47,348 bases of DNA from Choristocarpus tenellus KU-1152 (GCA_964200185.2 CAXNAD020000017.1:1-47348); one strand, 5' to 3'. Positions 9,722 through 24,700 are shown, counted from the stretch's first letter. The notes: generated by a model not told the origin, from the letters alone. Numbers and translations: made by a program.

Positions 9722-12700
9722 CTAGTTATCTTCCTCATCAATGCTTTCCTGAGAGGCAAGGTCTGCGATATTTTTCTTTAGTCCTTGGAGTTTATTTTTC
9801 TCGTAGAATATTTGCTCAAACTCCTTTTTCTCATCATCCACCAGATGCATGAGCCACTTGGAAATGCTAGATCGCACCTTCCTAGCTCTTCTTCGACCCC
9901 TACATCCTCTCATCAAACGTTGAATGGTAATGGCAGCTGACCTCATCAGTGAGTTAAGTGCAAGGCACTCTGCTCTCTTTGTGCGCCACTTTTGAGATGC
10001 TTTGCGCATGATGTGCCCACGGTAAACTCGCTGCAATAAACAAGACGCCTTTACCTCTTTGCTCTCCAATGCCAGGAAGCCTGCAAAGTTTGTAAGGATC
10101 TCTGCTTGTTCCTTTTCCTTACGGATCTGTTTGCAAAATGGTGTGTGAGGGTTTTCTTCAATGAATTGGCCAGCAAAAAAAGGAAGTAGTTGCATCAAAT
10201 ACCTCCTTTGCCTATTGAGAAAAATGATGTGCCTTACTCAGCTACAGGTTTTGGGTATGTCTGGGCCTTGTACCCTTCAAGTTTCACAAAGGGGTGGGGA
10301 AATAGCTGCTGCTGACAGGCTCAGAAAGGTGTGGGCTTTGTGTAATCAAGGATTACTGTGTAGTCAAGGTGGATTCAGTAGAACTGATGGGGTAAGGAGA
10401 ATATCATCTGCTTTCCGGAGAACTCTACATTCCTTGGAGTGCTTTAGTGTAACAGTTGACACATCAGGGAATTCTCAGGCTAGGTAGGACAAGTGCCTGC
10501 GAATCTCAAGTAAGCATGAAATACCCCAGAAACTGTTTAAAATGACTACTGCGATCCAAGCTTGTTCTGGGCAGCATCTTGCTCTGAAAAATAGTTTCTG
10601 GAACTTCTCTCTTTGAATAGTCTGAAGTAGAAAGATGTTCCACAGTTGGGGACACCTGACTAGAACATCCTGTAATGCTTTCTAAAGCAATATTTAGTAC
10701 ATCTTCCTCTTTAAATTGGAATCAGTTGAGGGTGGATGTAAGATGCTCCTGAGTACAATGGATCTTTGGATCCACCCTCAGTGGAGTGATAAAATTTGTG
10801 AGGTTTGAAAATATGGAGCATTTCCTGCTGTACAGTACCTAGATAATGCAATGTACCGACAGTTCTTATCATCTTGAACTTAAACGTTTTGAGTACCTCA
10901 GTCTTGAATGACACTTCAAATGTATTTCCTAGCACTTTATTTATTCAGCTACCAACAGCTGTATCATCGAGCCACAACACACATGCAGTTCTTGACTCAA
11001 GGGCATCGTAAGCTCACAAGTCCTCACCTTCACTCGCTGATGGCCTGTTTGAGTTCCACTGATGTCAAACCAACTGTCAACATTCCTTTGGGGTTGCATT
11101 GGCACAGTTGTGCTGATACACCTTCCTCTTTGTACGCTTTCAGCCCCTTCCCTCTGATGTCGGAGTAGGTGTCTTGCACGAAAGTACATTAAGGCAATAC
11201 AGAACAAACCAAACCGCAAAGTTCTCTCCATTGATGCTATTGCCTTGTCATGTTGCCCTCCTGGTTTGACCACGCATTCTTTGGTCTTTCTCCATACACT
11301 GCCTTCCAATTCTGGTGGTAGTGTGTATGAGCGTGAGCATTCTTCTTGCCTCTCCATGCAGCTATCTACTTGGGTAGCACTTGCCATGTCATTCTGGAAT
11401 GTGAGAGGTTGAAGAAGACAAGGTTGGTGTGCTTGATGGAATAGAATATACTGAAGAATGACACCAACTAGGACTGTGTTTTTGGTGTGCTTGATGGAAT
11501 AGAATATACTGAAGAATGACACCAACTAGGACTGTGTTTCTGTGTGTTGCCTTGTGAAGGTACACACTTCATGCCACACTGCAAACAAACAATCCTCACC
11601 TTTGCAATTGCAATTGCCCTGGCTGCACTGTCTCTTTTCATGTTTGTAGATTTGCGCTCCCCAAAGTGCCAACCCTCTAGCATCCACTCCAGAATATTAT
11701 CTACAGTTTCCATTGCAATAAGGCGTCCCACCAAGCGGTTTTGCTCATGCTCAAGAGCTACCTTGGCATCCTGAGTCCACTGTAATGTTCTGTAGCCATG
11801 CAGTGCCGTACACTCTATATGCTCATTAGTGGTCCGATTAGCCTCATGAAACTCAGCATCAATATAATGAAGCTTGAGCATAAAGTGCAAATGTTTTTGT
11901 TCTGCATGTAGCTCCTGGATCAGATCCTCCCGCCGGAACAGCGAAGTCCCCCCCTTCTTCACAGATAATGGCACAATGCTTTCCACCATTTTGTCAGTGA
12001 GAAGTCGAGTGAAGTACAACTCATCCTTCAAGATCTCCAGACGACTTTCGGTCTCCTTAAAAAACATACAGGCACAGAATGAGTTCATGTGCTTCAAATG
12101 ATGATCAATGGAAGAGATGGAGCACAGTCTACCTATGATTCAAATATTGTAGAGTGACAAAACCACAATTTTCCCCCGATCCAAAAAATGTGCTCGAAGC
12201 ATGCCTCTAAGGGTGCATGTACTGTTCACACTTTTCTCTAGAATTCAAACCAGCTGTTCAGATGTGAAAGAAGTACTGTATGGAATGTGAACTTTCATCT
12301 CAATGTGCCAACCACATTTTAATACCTTGATGTTCAGGGCAGGTTTATACTTGCAGGGCTTGCTCACACAAGCTGAGCACCCCCCAGGCCCAAGCTCAGC
12401 CATTATCCTTGCGTTGTGCTTTTGGACTGAAGTGAGCTTGTTATTGAGGAGGATTCTCTTGCGAATGGCTAGAACACTCATGTCCCCTCGTGTTGATCTT
12501 CTTCTTGCTCTCCGCTCTATCCTCCTTCTTTTTTTCATGTGTCGATTTGCCAAGTCCTGGGATTCATCATCATCATCATCATCTTCGCTGCTAGATATAT
12601 CCTCATGAAGGAGAAGATTTTTCCGCTCTCTCCGCTGAAGCTGCAATCAGTATTGTGTGAATTGTGCAACAGCATATCAACAGGCATCTGCTTGTATCAT

Positions 12701-15700
12701 TGGAATTCTGTAGGGCTCAAGGCACTGCAAGTTAGGGCCAGCACAGAAACTGAGCAGTAATTGCACAAATTATGAACCTCTGCATGTATAGATGTTGTGG
12801 GTGTGCATTATGTGATCATTGATCTACCTGATCTCTGAGAAGGCGCTCCAGCTCTCCTTCCAGCTCCAGGCGAAGAGCAGGGGTGGGGTAGCGTTGATGG
12901 ACTGTGTGCAATAGTTTACTGTCCATGACTCGGTTGCTGTTGTGGCAAACCTTGTCAATTTCCTGCTGCACAAGAAGCAGTCTCCTGTCCGTGTCTGCAT
13001 CAGCACTTCCAACAATATGTCCTTCCTGTATGGCTTGATATAGCATGTGCTGTCTTGTGTTAGTCTTGTCCTTCACCTCTGAGTCAACTCTCCACTTATA
13101 GTAGTCCTGCATTCAAGAGGGATAAGACAGCAACGAATTTCGACAAGCTGGGTGAAATAGACTGGGTGACACAGAGATAGTGGGAGTTCAACGAGGACTT
13201 TCTGCTATCTAGAGCAGCAGTCACTGAAATGCATTTACTTCTTTACCAAACTATTTTCTAGCACCTTAGAGGTAGCGGGAAGAAAAATGAAAACCAGCAA
13301 TGTTCACCTTGTAGTCACCATTGTACTTTTTGAGGAGCATGAGCGCCTTTTTCTCATCAGTTGTTCCCAGTGAAGCTTTGTCAGGTGAGCTCCAGATTTT
13401 CATGAGCTCTTCTTTTGTAAAGGGGCAACTCCACTCCCTATTTGCACCATGTTCAGATGTCAGTGTATGTTCTTGTGCCTGTTTTTCAATACCTACCCTC
13501 TCACCAAGCCCTTGCTTATCATTGGCCATAACCTGTTGACCAAATCATGGTTTACATGAGAAAGGAAGCTTTGTGGGTAAATTCTATGCCCCACATGGTT
13601 GTACTTATTTCTCCTTTTGACAAGGTTGAATTGCCCGATGAATCTCCAAATTACCCAGTAAGAAATTCTTCCATCAGGTGTAAGAACTCTTAACAATGCA
13701 CTTCAGAACAGGAATTGTGACCAATACTGGCACCCAGGTCATATCATCAGAAACTGGGTTCATCACTGTACCTTTAACTTGAGAGGAGAAGTGTCTACTT
13801 ATAATTTGACGAGTCAAGGGTATGTGGAACAAAACAGGCACACACGGCCTCCTCTAAGAGGAAACTGTATACATTTTCTCATTTGTATTACAACTACTAC
13901 TGTGGGTTGGAAGATGCAGTGATGACCATTTATGTACCAAGAGCGTTATCCTTTCAGACACAGTGCTCTATCCTTTCAGACACAGTGCTCTATTTTGGTT
14001 CGTATCAGCATTGGATGCAATCAACAGAGGCTGGAACTGTCAGAGCTCAAGGGGGTGATTGGTTCGATAAAGGATGTGGCATGCAAGATGCCTTAGGTGC
14101 ACATGGGTTCACACCCAGGAGTGAGGGAGAAAGTCCTCTGGTAAGCACATCCACGAGGCCCCCAATCCTGAAGACTTTTGACAGAAATGTCAGTAAGTGC
14201 ATCCAGAGTTGAATATAGGTGTGAAATTAAAAAGAGAATGCACCCTACTATTCTTCCACAGCATTGAAATCACCTAGATAGGGCATTGTCCCAACTATTA
14301 ATTACCTCATGTTCCGTTTACAGCATTGTGCTTTTGATTTATGGTTTCTTCAGCATCCTACTGACTTGTGAAAAATCACACAGCTGGATCTTGACTTTAA
14401 TGATCATACTGGAGTGTTCTGTTGTGTCAGATAGGAAACCACATTGAAAAAAGATCAAATTCCATGCTTGTATGTCAAACTCTGCTTTGTCAACCTCTTC
14501 AGTGTCTGAATGCCATGAACAGAACTGGTTATCTCTGTCAATCAAACATTCTGTGGGGTCATAAACTCAACAGCATGATTCTAAAACCAGGTGATTTTAT
14601 CAATTGAATTAATACCCGGTTATTGTGTAGTTTTAGGTGCTATTAGTTATCACCCAGAAAACCATTGACTACTAGTAATGAAAAAATGCCAACTTTTCCG
14701 TGGATAGTCTGATAGTCTGATAGTCTGATAGTCTGCACAAACACGCATAGAAGAACACAATTTGACATTCAATATTTTGGGCAGTCCTAATGTTGGTACT
14801 GACCAACAAGGCAACCCAACCCAACCCCCAATGGATGTTTTCTTCTGGCTATCCTAGGCTCATGGTTGCTAGGCCCTTCAGAAGACTTGGGCTGTGGTAT
14901 AGCTTAGTACAACTTAACCAAGGGGGAGGTGATTGCCTTCGATGTATATGGGAATTGGTAGGACTGAATCAATAATTAAAGTGTCTTCGTTTTGATAGTA
15001 TCTTTACTCAGTTATAGCCATGCATTGCAACTTGTGCAGATATAGAATGGTATTTGTATGGTGTTTGTATGGTATTTGTATGGTATTTGAATGGTATTTG
15101 TGTCAGTATGCCAGAAAAGAAAAGAAAAGAGATGGGAGCCTCACATGATTCCCCTATGCTGGATGTGATAACATGGTTGAAAAGAGAAGAGTGATATTAT
15201 TGCACATGGGGGACCTTGGCTTAGCACCTGTTGCTTCTAGAAAGAATCACTAAAAAGAAGCACTTAAAAACTTTTACAGAAAACTCCGTCACGGTACAGA
15301 AAAATGTCACAAACATGTGGACTTCAACCCAGAATTTATTGCCAATAAATATCCCACTAAGATATGAACTATCATTCCGAATGCTTTTGGTTTCATGTAG
15401 TATTCTGCACACAACTCACCACTTGTTCATGCCTTGGAAACTTATTGGCACCCTCAAAAGGGTCCTTGAAATTGCGGAATCCTGTGTCCTCCATCTTGAA
15501 GACCCTCCACAACTGACCCCAATGGAGCAAAAATTGGGGAGAAATTCTTTTAGATTGAGTCCATAGCTAGCTCAACCAGACATATATATATGTATATAGT
15601 ATTGTATACTGCAAGTACACCGAAAATACTGCTGTCCAACATGCAATCTGTCTTCCTCTCTTCCGGTACCCATCTTTTGAGACAGAGGACAAGAACTACT

Positions 15701-18700
15701 GAGGTTTTAACAGCATATTAGACAAATGCATCATAACAAAGTGAAAAAGTCCACAGACTGACTCTAATTTGACTCTAGTTCATACCAAGGTTTGTTAACA
15801 AGATTGCAACAGCTAAGGGCAACACCAGGTCGGTCAGAATCACCAAACACATATCTGACTCCACTTGGAACATGATATTTTGAATAGATAAATAAACTAA
15901 GGGCAGTGGGCTTGTCACCTCGGGATTAAGTATCTTGTCAAGTGTAACCCATTCCCTCTCAGTTGGTGTGCGTCCAATCCTGTCCTTTAGACGTGTTTGC
16001 TGGGCAAGGAATGGGTCAAAGTCTTTCATTTCTCTGTCTACATTCTTCTTCAAGAGTTTTGGCCTGTCATGGAACTTAGTCATCAATTTACGGATATGCT
16101 TTTCCTTGCGTGTAAGACCAACAAGTGGGGTTGTTGAAATGCGGAGGAGCTCATCCCTGTGGAGGCGATACTGTTCAACTGCAGGGTTTTCCTCTTTCTT
16201 CTTCTTTTTTGTCTTCCTCCCCCACTGTTTATTTCCTTCCTCACATTCCTCTTCCAACAGGGCCAGCCACTTATACTTTTCAGGAAAGAGGTTTTGATCA
16301 ATAACTACCCATTGCTGTTCCTCAAGTGTCAGAGTTCCCCAGCCTTCTCGCTGAAATTGATCCCGTACCTCTTCTGCTGGAGTAACCAAGGAAATCGCGA
16401 TGTCCTCAGGGACAGTGATAGTCCCTTTTTTTTGTACTTGATCACTACATTTGAATGTTGTGTTTAGCTGAAGCGCAACTTCTGTGGCCTTCTGTTGGCC
16501 ATGCAGTATGGAAATAACAGTGGGGATAACCCGCTTCTTCTTTTCTAAATCATTCTCCAGGATAGACCTTTCAACGAAACGACCCCTGCGTAGAACAATG
16601 AGATGATCAAGCGACTTTTTCACTGATTCCTTCTCCTGGCACCGTGTAGTAAATAGTCGTCCCCAATGTGTATGCTCCAGTTCTATCGCAGCAATATCTT
16701 TCCACACCGCTGCTCTCTCAATTTCATTCAGTTCCGATGAACCAGTCCTTGCACCCAGATCAGAGGACACTGAGCTCGATGAATTTGATGTTGACTCTGA
16801 ACCTGACTCTGAACCTGACTCTGAACCTGTCGTACTTGAGGTCATAATTGATGTGCCAGGATGAGATCTGGACCCAGACAGAGAGGTTTTGCTTGTGTAT
16901 GTACTTGACCAAGATCCAGTGGACAATCCAATGCTTGGGAGCTTCAGATCTTGACATAGTTCGTCAATGTCATCCTCACAACGCCTGCACTCTGACTCTG
17001 CCTCATCAATCAACGATCTGCATATATGGTACAATCGTTCTTTTAGTCTGATGCTGTCCCACACCTCCTTCAGCTCCTTGCAGCATGAGTCCAACATCCC
17101 CTGTGATGCAAAGTAATGCATACTTCAGTAGGTTCTCCTTGGAGAGCAAATACAACATATTCCTACACAAGACTGGGATACAATACGGGCTCTCAGGTGG
17201 TTGATTGAGAATACAGCATTGCTGAGGTGAGAAGATAGGTTGAAGAGTATCTTGCCTGTTTCACTACTGCTTCTTGACGACTCTTCTCCACTAGGCTGCT
17301 ACAAACCTCGGTCTGGCTTGCTGTGACAACTACAGAGTAGTCTGTTGACCCCACAGCAGATACAACAACTCTGAACACGCCCTGTGCCAACGGGATCTTT
17401 CTTGGTCTATGCAGGAACACAATCTTTCCCGGCGTTTGATAAAATTGATCACCGTTATTGAATTCTTGCATAGAGTGAGGAGCATATCCCACAGGCTCTC
17501 CTGGTCCATGTCCATGGTTAGGCATACGGAGTACCTCTGCACTAATCCTTCCACGACTGAAGCCCTGAATGCCCATGCACCCTCGGTACTCAATGACAAC
17601 CTGTTCCCAGATGCAGAGAGCAGGGGATTTTCCATTGTGATGCCGGTATGGTTACACTTCTTACTTGTTCTAGACCTGGCACTTCAATTGCAAACATGGG
17701 TCAGCTACTTCGAATGAATTGTAGTTGAGTCACTGTAGGATCATGGACTTGCCTTGAGGTCCAGAAAGTAACTTGGATCCATGTCTGCAATTCTGAACTC
17801 ATGCACCTTTGACTCCTTGAAGCTGAGGTGATTCACCTCTTCCCTAAGGACATCACATTTCCCCGTCCGGATTAAAATTTCTTTGCCACTCTCCAAATTG
17901 AATGCTCTTTCACTCATTTCCTCCAACGAATTGTACACAATCACACTGTTGATGTCTGTCTCACTTGCCACATTTGCGATTGGTTGTTCTGTAGCGATGT
18001 CTGATTCCTTAGGGCACCTAGCTGTCATCAGAAAGTCCTGAGAACCAGAATGAGAACTGCTAATAGTATCTCTGGCTGTTGCATTGGCCTTGCAGGTATA
18101 GGAGGCCGGGTGAAGTACACTGGGGTCAAAAGTGTGGAGATCAAATGCCTGATCCTGTCCACCTGGTCCCATGCAGGCTGGATGAATCTTGGCCCATGAA
18201 CCGTAGATCCTCACCCCTTGCTGAGAGCACCTATTGGCTTCTTTAAGCAGCCCTTTCAATTGTGCAAGGGCTCTCAATCGCTGGTACCCAAGCCAGGATC
18301 TTTCTGGCAAGACAAAGAACAGCTCCATAAGTTCACGTACTCTCCTGGTGGGGATCAAACAAAACAAGAACAAGGGGGGGATTGTAACACTTTTGAAAAT
18401 TCCAAGTGGCTTCAATTAAATGAGTGCAATTCCAGCATGGAAAATTCGCCAACAATGGACAAGGACTCCACCTTCCTTCTTCGTTGAGGTTCTCTGCAGG
18501 CCCCTCCCAAATCTCTAGACACTGCCTTCTGGTGAACCGACATCTCCAACCCTCCTTCTCGGCATGTTGCCTGTTACAGTAGTTCTCCCTGAGTCTGTTG
18601 TAAACTTCACCAAAGCGCTCAGGATGTTCAACCTCACACAAATCCTTGAGCATGGAATTGTCATTGGTATGGGTATGGTCTGATTCTTGCTCTGGCCAGA

Positions 18701-21700
18701 GGTGTGGATTGAGAACCCGATCCACACTCATGTAGTCTCTCAGATCCACAGATAGTTTACATACTGAAGTGGCTCTTGCACGGTCTAATCTTTTTTCTGT
18801 GAGTAGATCAGCAAGCAAACTCCTTGCATGTCTCACATTTCGACCTGTAATGTGTACCTTGGCATTTTGCGGAAGCAGATGGAAGCAAAATTGAGTACGG
18901 AGATGGTCCATTACAGAAATAGTTCCTTTTTTGACCCAAGACGATCTGTGCATTTTTGACATGAAACAGGTTGACATAATAACCTCAGCTCACTCAAGGC
19001 AAAGTAGGTACATTTTAGCTCTCAAATGCCACCATGAACTCTCCAGTACAAATAAGTACTGTAATAAAACCCCAAAAATATGTTGATAATTGATATACTA
19101 TTGTGATGATTTTGAACCTTCAACATGGAAAAGGATGAACTGCTTGTTTTGCCTAAGTCATTCCTGGTGTGTATGTATACTTTATTGTTGCCTACCACAT
19201 TGACTTCTGGGTGGTGAAAAACTAAACAATGCATGCATGTGGTGCTGCTTACTCCTTGCAAGTTCAAAAAGTGTTCCTATGAAAAGACATACCAGTATGA
19301 CACTACAGGGTAGTGTGCATAAGGCGTTGGACTCTGCAGGTGCTATGGTCAACCTCAAGATATTTGAAGGAGTTCTTCAACCCAAGTTAGTACCGCCTAT
19401 TGCTTGCCTCTTGTGGAAAACTCAAAGGCAGGGGATATATGTCAACAAGCCACTCAATTTGATAGGTAAATCAATACTTCAGATATGATTACCACTGTCA
19501 AAGAGAAATGTAAGTGTTGCGACCAAAATATTTTCACCATACCTTCTTTCCCATAAATTTCACCACCTGGATGCTCTCCATAGTATCACTTCTGTCATCT
19601 TGGCTGCACTCGTCCTTTTGTGCAAATGCTGTCTCTCCATGACCATGAGTATAGAGGGTTAGCAAATGATGAGCTTGTATCTCAGTCAAGGATTTCAAGT
19701 GTGACAGACTGAGGTGGATTTCATGCGGTAAAGTGAGTATCCTTGTTACATCTTCAGCCTCCAATGCAGTCTTGTACGCATCATCTAGCTGCATCTCTTC
19801 CTTTTCAGTGTCTGTAATGTCTGCATATAGTTCCGCATTGACCAGAATATCCAGACCAACCCAGCGTTTTTCGTCCTCAGTCCGCTGATGACTAGATTTG
19901 CTACGAATCTGGCACAAGAAATGAGCGGAAGGAATGAGACTCAGTGCAGTTGCGACCACCACAACATCAAGAACCCACCACAACAAATTTATTTCAGTAC
20001 TTGAAAGTATTGCCAGGGAATCGTTCTCAGTTACAGATCCCCCAAGAGGATGGCGATGTAATCTAGAGCAGTCACATGCTGCTACTCTTTTATTCCAATC
20101 CTATATGTCATGACATTACCACCAACCTTCTCAGCACAGCTTTCTTCTATGCCCTCTGGCTGGGCACCACCCAATTTTATTGATTCTATATGACGTGCAG
20201 CCTCCACTGCATCTTCCTGAGCTTGCAATACATCCTGAAACTGTTGAACAATAGTCCGTGACATCATCTTGATGAAGTGAGCATCAGTAATATCTATGAT
20301 ACTTTCCAAGTGGTGGATCTTGGTCTTAATCTCCTGACCAGCTTGAGCATTCTCCACCAAATCTTCATTGATCCACTTCATCTTTTTGTTTTGTTCAATG
20401 ATCTTGGCCTTGATTTGCTTTTTCTCATCCTTCCAATAAACATATGATAAAAGTTGATGTTAACAATATGTGTGACCTTCCCACCTCACATGCTAGGTTA
20501 TCAAGATTGGATACAAGGACAGTATCCATATTTTTAGATGGATATGAAATTACATTGTCTCCGTTCAAAGTAGTTTGCCAGATACTACAATGCAGTGGGG
20601 GGAGTTATTAGTTGGTGGCTTACCAGTTACATCAAACTGGTATGGTTGGTGTACAAGAAAAACAAGAACTCTCAGAATCAAGAAGATCAGTGCCGGAATC
20701 TCCAGATAATAAACTAAGGTAGACAAGGGGGAGCTGGAAGAGAAAGTGGTATCCATTCTGGAACTGTCAATAAGCCATCAATGGAATGGGCACCAAAATT
20801 CTTTCATGTGCTTTTTGTGGATGTTCTTGTGGATGTTCCAATGTTTGAGCAAAATACCTGTATGTGGCTCTTGAGATCTGCTGTGAGCATACGCTGCATG
20901 ACCCCCCCATACACATCCGTGTCAGCAAACTTGCCAATGTGTTCATTCAGCAATAGCTCTTCATGAGTGAGAACAAGGTTGCGTGCCTCAGCGATTCTTA
21001 TGGTCTCCTCCACAGTTTTCATTAGGACTATGTTTTTATCTTTAAATGCCCTGAATTTTCCAGGCTCCTTATACAAGCCAGAAGCCTTCCTTCTTATTTT
21101 ACGGATGAAATCTGTGACTTCTCCTTCCTTGTTCTTGGTTTCAATTTTGAGTCTTTGTATGCGACTCACTGCTAACTCCCAGGTTTCCTGTCTCTCCTTG
21201 AGAACAGATTGGTAGGTATTGAACTGAATGTACTGTTTTGCTAGATCTTCACTTGTATCACGCAAGTCTTGAGTCGTTACTTCGCCAAAAACCCCAACTC
21301 GTGCACTGTCACTATTGTACATCCTCCTAATCATCTCCAATTCCCTCAACCTTGCCTCTACCTTGTCGTATTGCTCTTGGAAAACAGAGAGTTGATACCT
21401 GCAAGCTTTTTCCAGTCGCATTGCCTCAACAGCATTTTGACGCATGAGTGCCAAGTCCCGGAGCATAATCTCAGAAAGATTTTTGACTGCATCAAGATCG
21501 AGTTTTTTCCAGTCCAGACTTTCTGCTGATCCAACATGAACCTCTCCTGCACTAAGCATGTCAAGCTTATGCTGGTGATGGTCTTTCAACCTTTGCACAT
21601 GCCTGTTGGCTCGTTTCTGTGCCTGCTGGTCTTCTACAGCTTTCCTTTTCCACTCGTCCCTTGCCACACCAAGTTCCAATGCCCGCATCTTGGCCCCGTG

Positions 21701-24700
21701 GACATCTAGAGCCCATGCCTCACAGTACCTGGGATCACAGGGGTTCCCCACAATTTGGTGACTCACGACTGATGCACAAAAATTGAGTGCTCCAGCTTTT
21801 GCATCTCTGTCTAGAAGTTTTCCAACTTACCTGATGTAGTGTTCTGCAGCCTGGCTGTGTTCCTCCTCTATCTCCATCTGCAGGCATGCACTGTGTTCAT
21901 TAGACCTCTCCAGCTCCTCTTCTCTATCCCTCTTGAGTTGTGCCAATTCTTTTTGCCTCTTAAGGCGCTCCTTCTTCCTATGCCGGTCAAGTGCTCTTTC
22001 TTTGCGCACCCTTGCATCCTGGGCTAGTCTTGCCCTTTTCAAGTCTTGTTTATCCTCATTTGGAACTTTTGCTATCATTGCACACACACTGCTTCCCTTA
22101 CTATCCACTTTTTCAGTATGGCTGCAAAGCATACCAGTGCCTTGGTCTGGGCTGGGTAGCTCCTGCTCACCAACCAAATCCTGCATACTCTTGCCAATAG
22201 TGCTGAAGACCTTTGGAATGCTCTCAAGTGGTTGCTCAGAGGGTGAATGCTCCCCACAGGTTGCTTCAAAGTCTTCCAGCACATCAAGGATGTCCATATA
22301 TCTACTGGTCTGCTCACTCATCCCTGCTGACCCTGGTGGGTGTGCTTGCATGGACATGGCTGAGTTGATGACCTCCATAATTGTCTTAAGTATCTCTTCC
22401 CCTTTCTCTTCAAGAGCCTCATGTCCAGCTGAAATATTTTGAACCAAAATTCTACATTGCCTGTTGCCATTTAGTAGAGCTGGCACAGATGTGACAATGT
22501 CTGCATTGAGCACTTCCTGCAAGCACTAGGGTTCATGGCCATTGTTGGTGTTGGGAAATGAGGAGCGGTCAATGAGGTAATATCAACAACGAGTAGTGGA
22601 TCTAGTGCCCTCAAAGAGAGTGCTTAGAATATAGCAAATATGACCCAAGCATGAGATGGAGAAAGCTAAAGGTAAGTCAGTGCAGGATTAGATGGTAAGT
22701 GCAGCGTGGCAAATCCACAGCACACATGTTCTGAGAATGCAAAGCTGGAGACACCTCATCATGGTGAGAAACTGTGTTGTAGGAGAATACTCATACATGT
22801 AAGGCATGGCAAGGAATACAGCAGAAGGAATATCTGGCATCAAAATACAGCATATTGAAATTGCATACCCATCAAATTCCAGGTGTCACTATCCAAACTT
22901 CCAAATAAATGGTCTTGAAGCGTCTAAGAACCCTAGCCCCTCTTCATACCTCCACAGAGTCTGCAGCAGCCAATTTGTTGTCAGTGGATGATATGAGCAG
23001 GACTGGGAGCTCCAAGCTCTGGCACAGGTTAGTGAAGTCATGACCTGTAAGGATGCCCTGAATAGCCTGAACCATTCCATTTTTTGTGGACTGATGTGCC
23101 GTGTTGCTGTTTTTGAGCTTGAGTCCGATGCCTTGCCTCTTAAGTTTGAAGCTGACAGGGGCAGACCTCGTTCTCTGAACTTGTGGCAGCTGTAGCCCCT
23201 GTCTGTGTGACCAGTAGTGTTCAAGCACCTTCTGTCGTCCATACTGGTGGGTCAGTTAATAAAAACAATGCAAGTGTGTGTATTAGGTGATGGCCACGCT
23301 GCTTGCCACAATGGTCATGTGCATGACCCATGATCACAACCTTGGATATGTTTGGCACTATTTTCCGAAAATACGAGCCGTGAACTGATTGGTTGGGGTG
23401 ATACATCTTATAATGTGACCAATGAGACAAATGGACTACTTTCCCTGCTCCTACACACTCAATACATCCTTTTTGACGAAATTCAAATTCAAAAGCTGCT
23501 CACATCAACACACCTAAGAGGCAGAATATATCATTAATAGGTGGCTAGTTGTGTACAAGTAGAAATGCTTGTTGGGTGTCTTCATGCTATGTGCACTCTA
23601 ATTGTTGTTTGATCTTCTACGGGAGGTCACCAACCTTCACAAACTGTCTGTCTGAAAACAGCATTGTGGCCAGGAATTGGAGCTGTTCATGGTGGTTACT
23701 CCTTTGTAGTACCTCGATGAGAGTGCATAGTGAATGTTTTACCCTCTTATTAGCCTTGTTTGTCATAGGAGTCAGTGGGAAAGGGTTGACCAGTGCCACA
23801 AATCGCAGGGCCTCCCTCAAGTGTCTGTGCATACTCCCTCGAAGGTGAAGAGCCAAGAAGTGCAGTAGTGTGTTGCCACCAGCTCCTAGTCCCAACATCA
23901 CCACAAAAGAACCAGGCTCAGCTGCAATTTCCCCTCGTCCCTCAAGTGTCTGAAGTAAGCTGCTCAGCGCACCTGCTTGTACTTGTGTGTCCAGAGTTGT
24001 CCCCTCAACCCAAACGGTACCTGGGAGACCCAGCAGGCCGACCTGCACCAAGGAGCCACAACTTTGGGTGTTCAGTCACCTGCCTATACATATAAAAATC
24101 AACAGTAGAAATGCTGCAGATCATCAGGAGGAATCCAGAGCAAAATACAGGTACACAAGTACAGGGTTGGGTTGTGTGAGACACCTGCTTACAAGTAGTA
24201 GTTTTCCTTTCGTGTTTTGCTCCAGTATCCTGCCCACTGACTCCTGCATAGAAGACAAAGTCATGAACAGATCAGGGAGGACAACAAGCACAAAAGGTTG
24301 TTGCTGATCCAGAGGTATCCCCATAGCTGCTTGGGAATCTTTCAGAGCTGCAATAGACTGGAGTGGGGTCCCAAAGTGATCCGACTTTGGCACTATCCTT
24401 GTCACCCAACGGTATGACAATATGTTTCCACCCCCTGCATGGTGTTTGCAATCTTCATCCTCCAAATTGTCAGGTCTCCTGTCCGTAGGCTCTTCATGTA
24501 TCCCCTGACAGTGAGTTTGTTGGCTGGTATTATTCAGAGATGCACTGATGACTGTTACATCATTGGATTGGAGACAAATATTGTCCGAGACAACGTTAAT
24601 ACTTTGTGGTATCAAATTGTGGAGACAATCCCTTCCTTCAGAGGGACAAGCTTCTGATTCCTGAGTTGCTGTCACTGAGATGTTTTCCTCTTGCTCTCTA

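Noticed and set aside
10700-10925. Additional intronic MITE with weak inverted similarity to ~36500-36545
   Set aside because: The similarity is short and I could not define TIRs or a TSD by eye.
16792-16828. 12-bp tandem repeat x3
   Set aside because: It encodes the Ser/Gly/Glu low-complexity linker (GSES)n inside an exon; ordinary.
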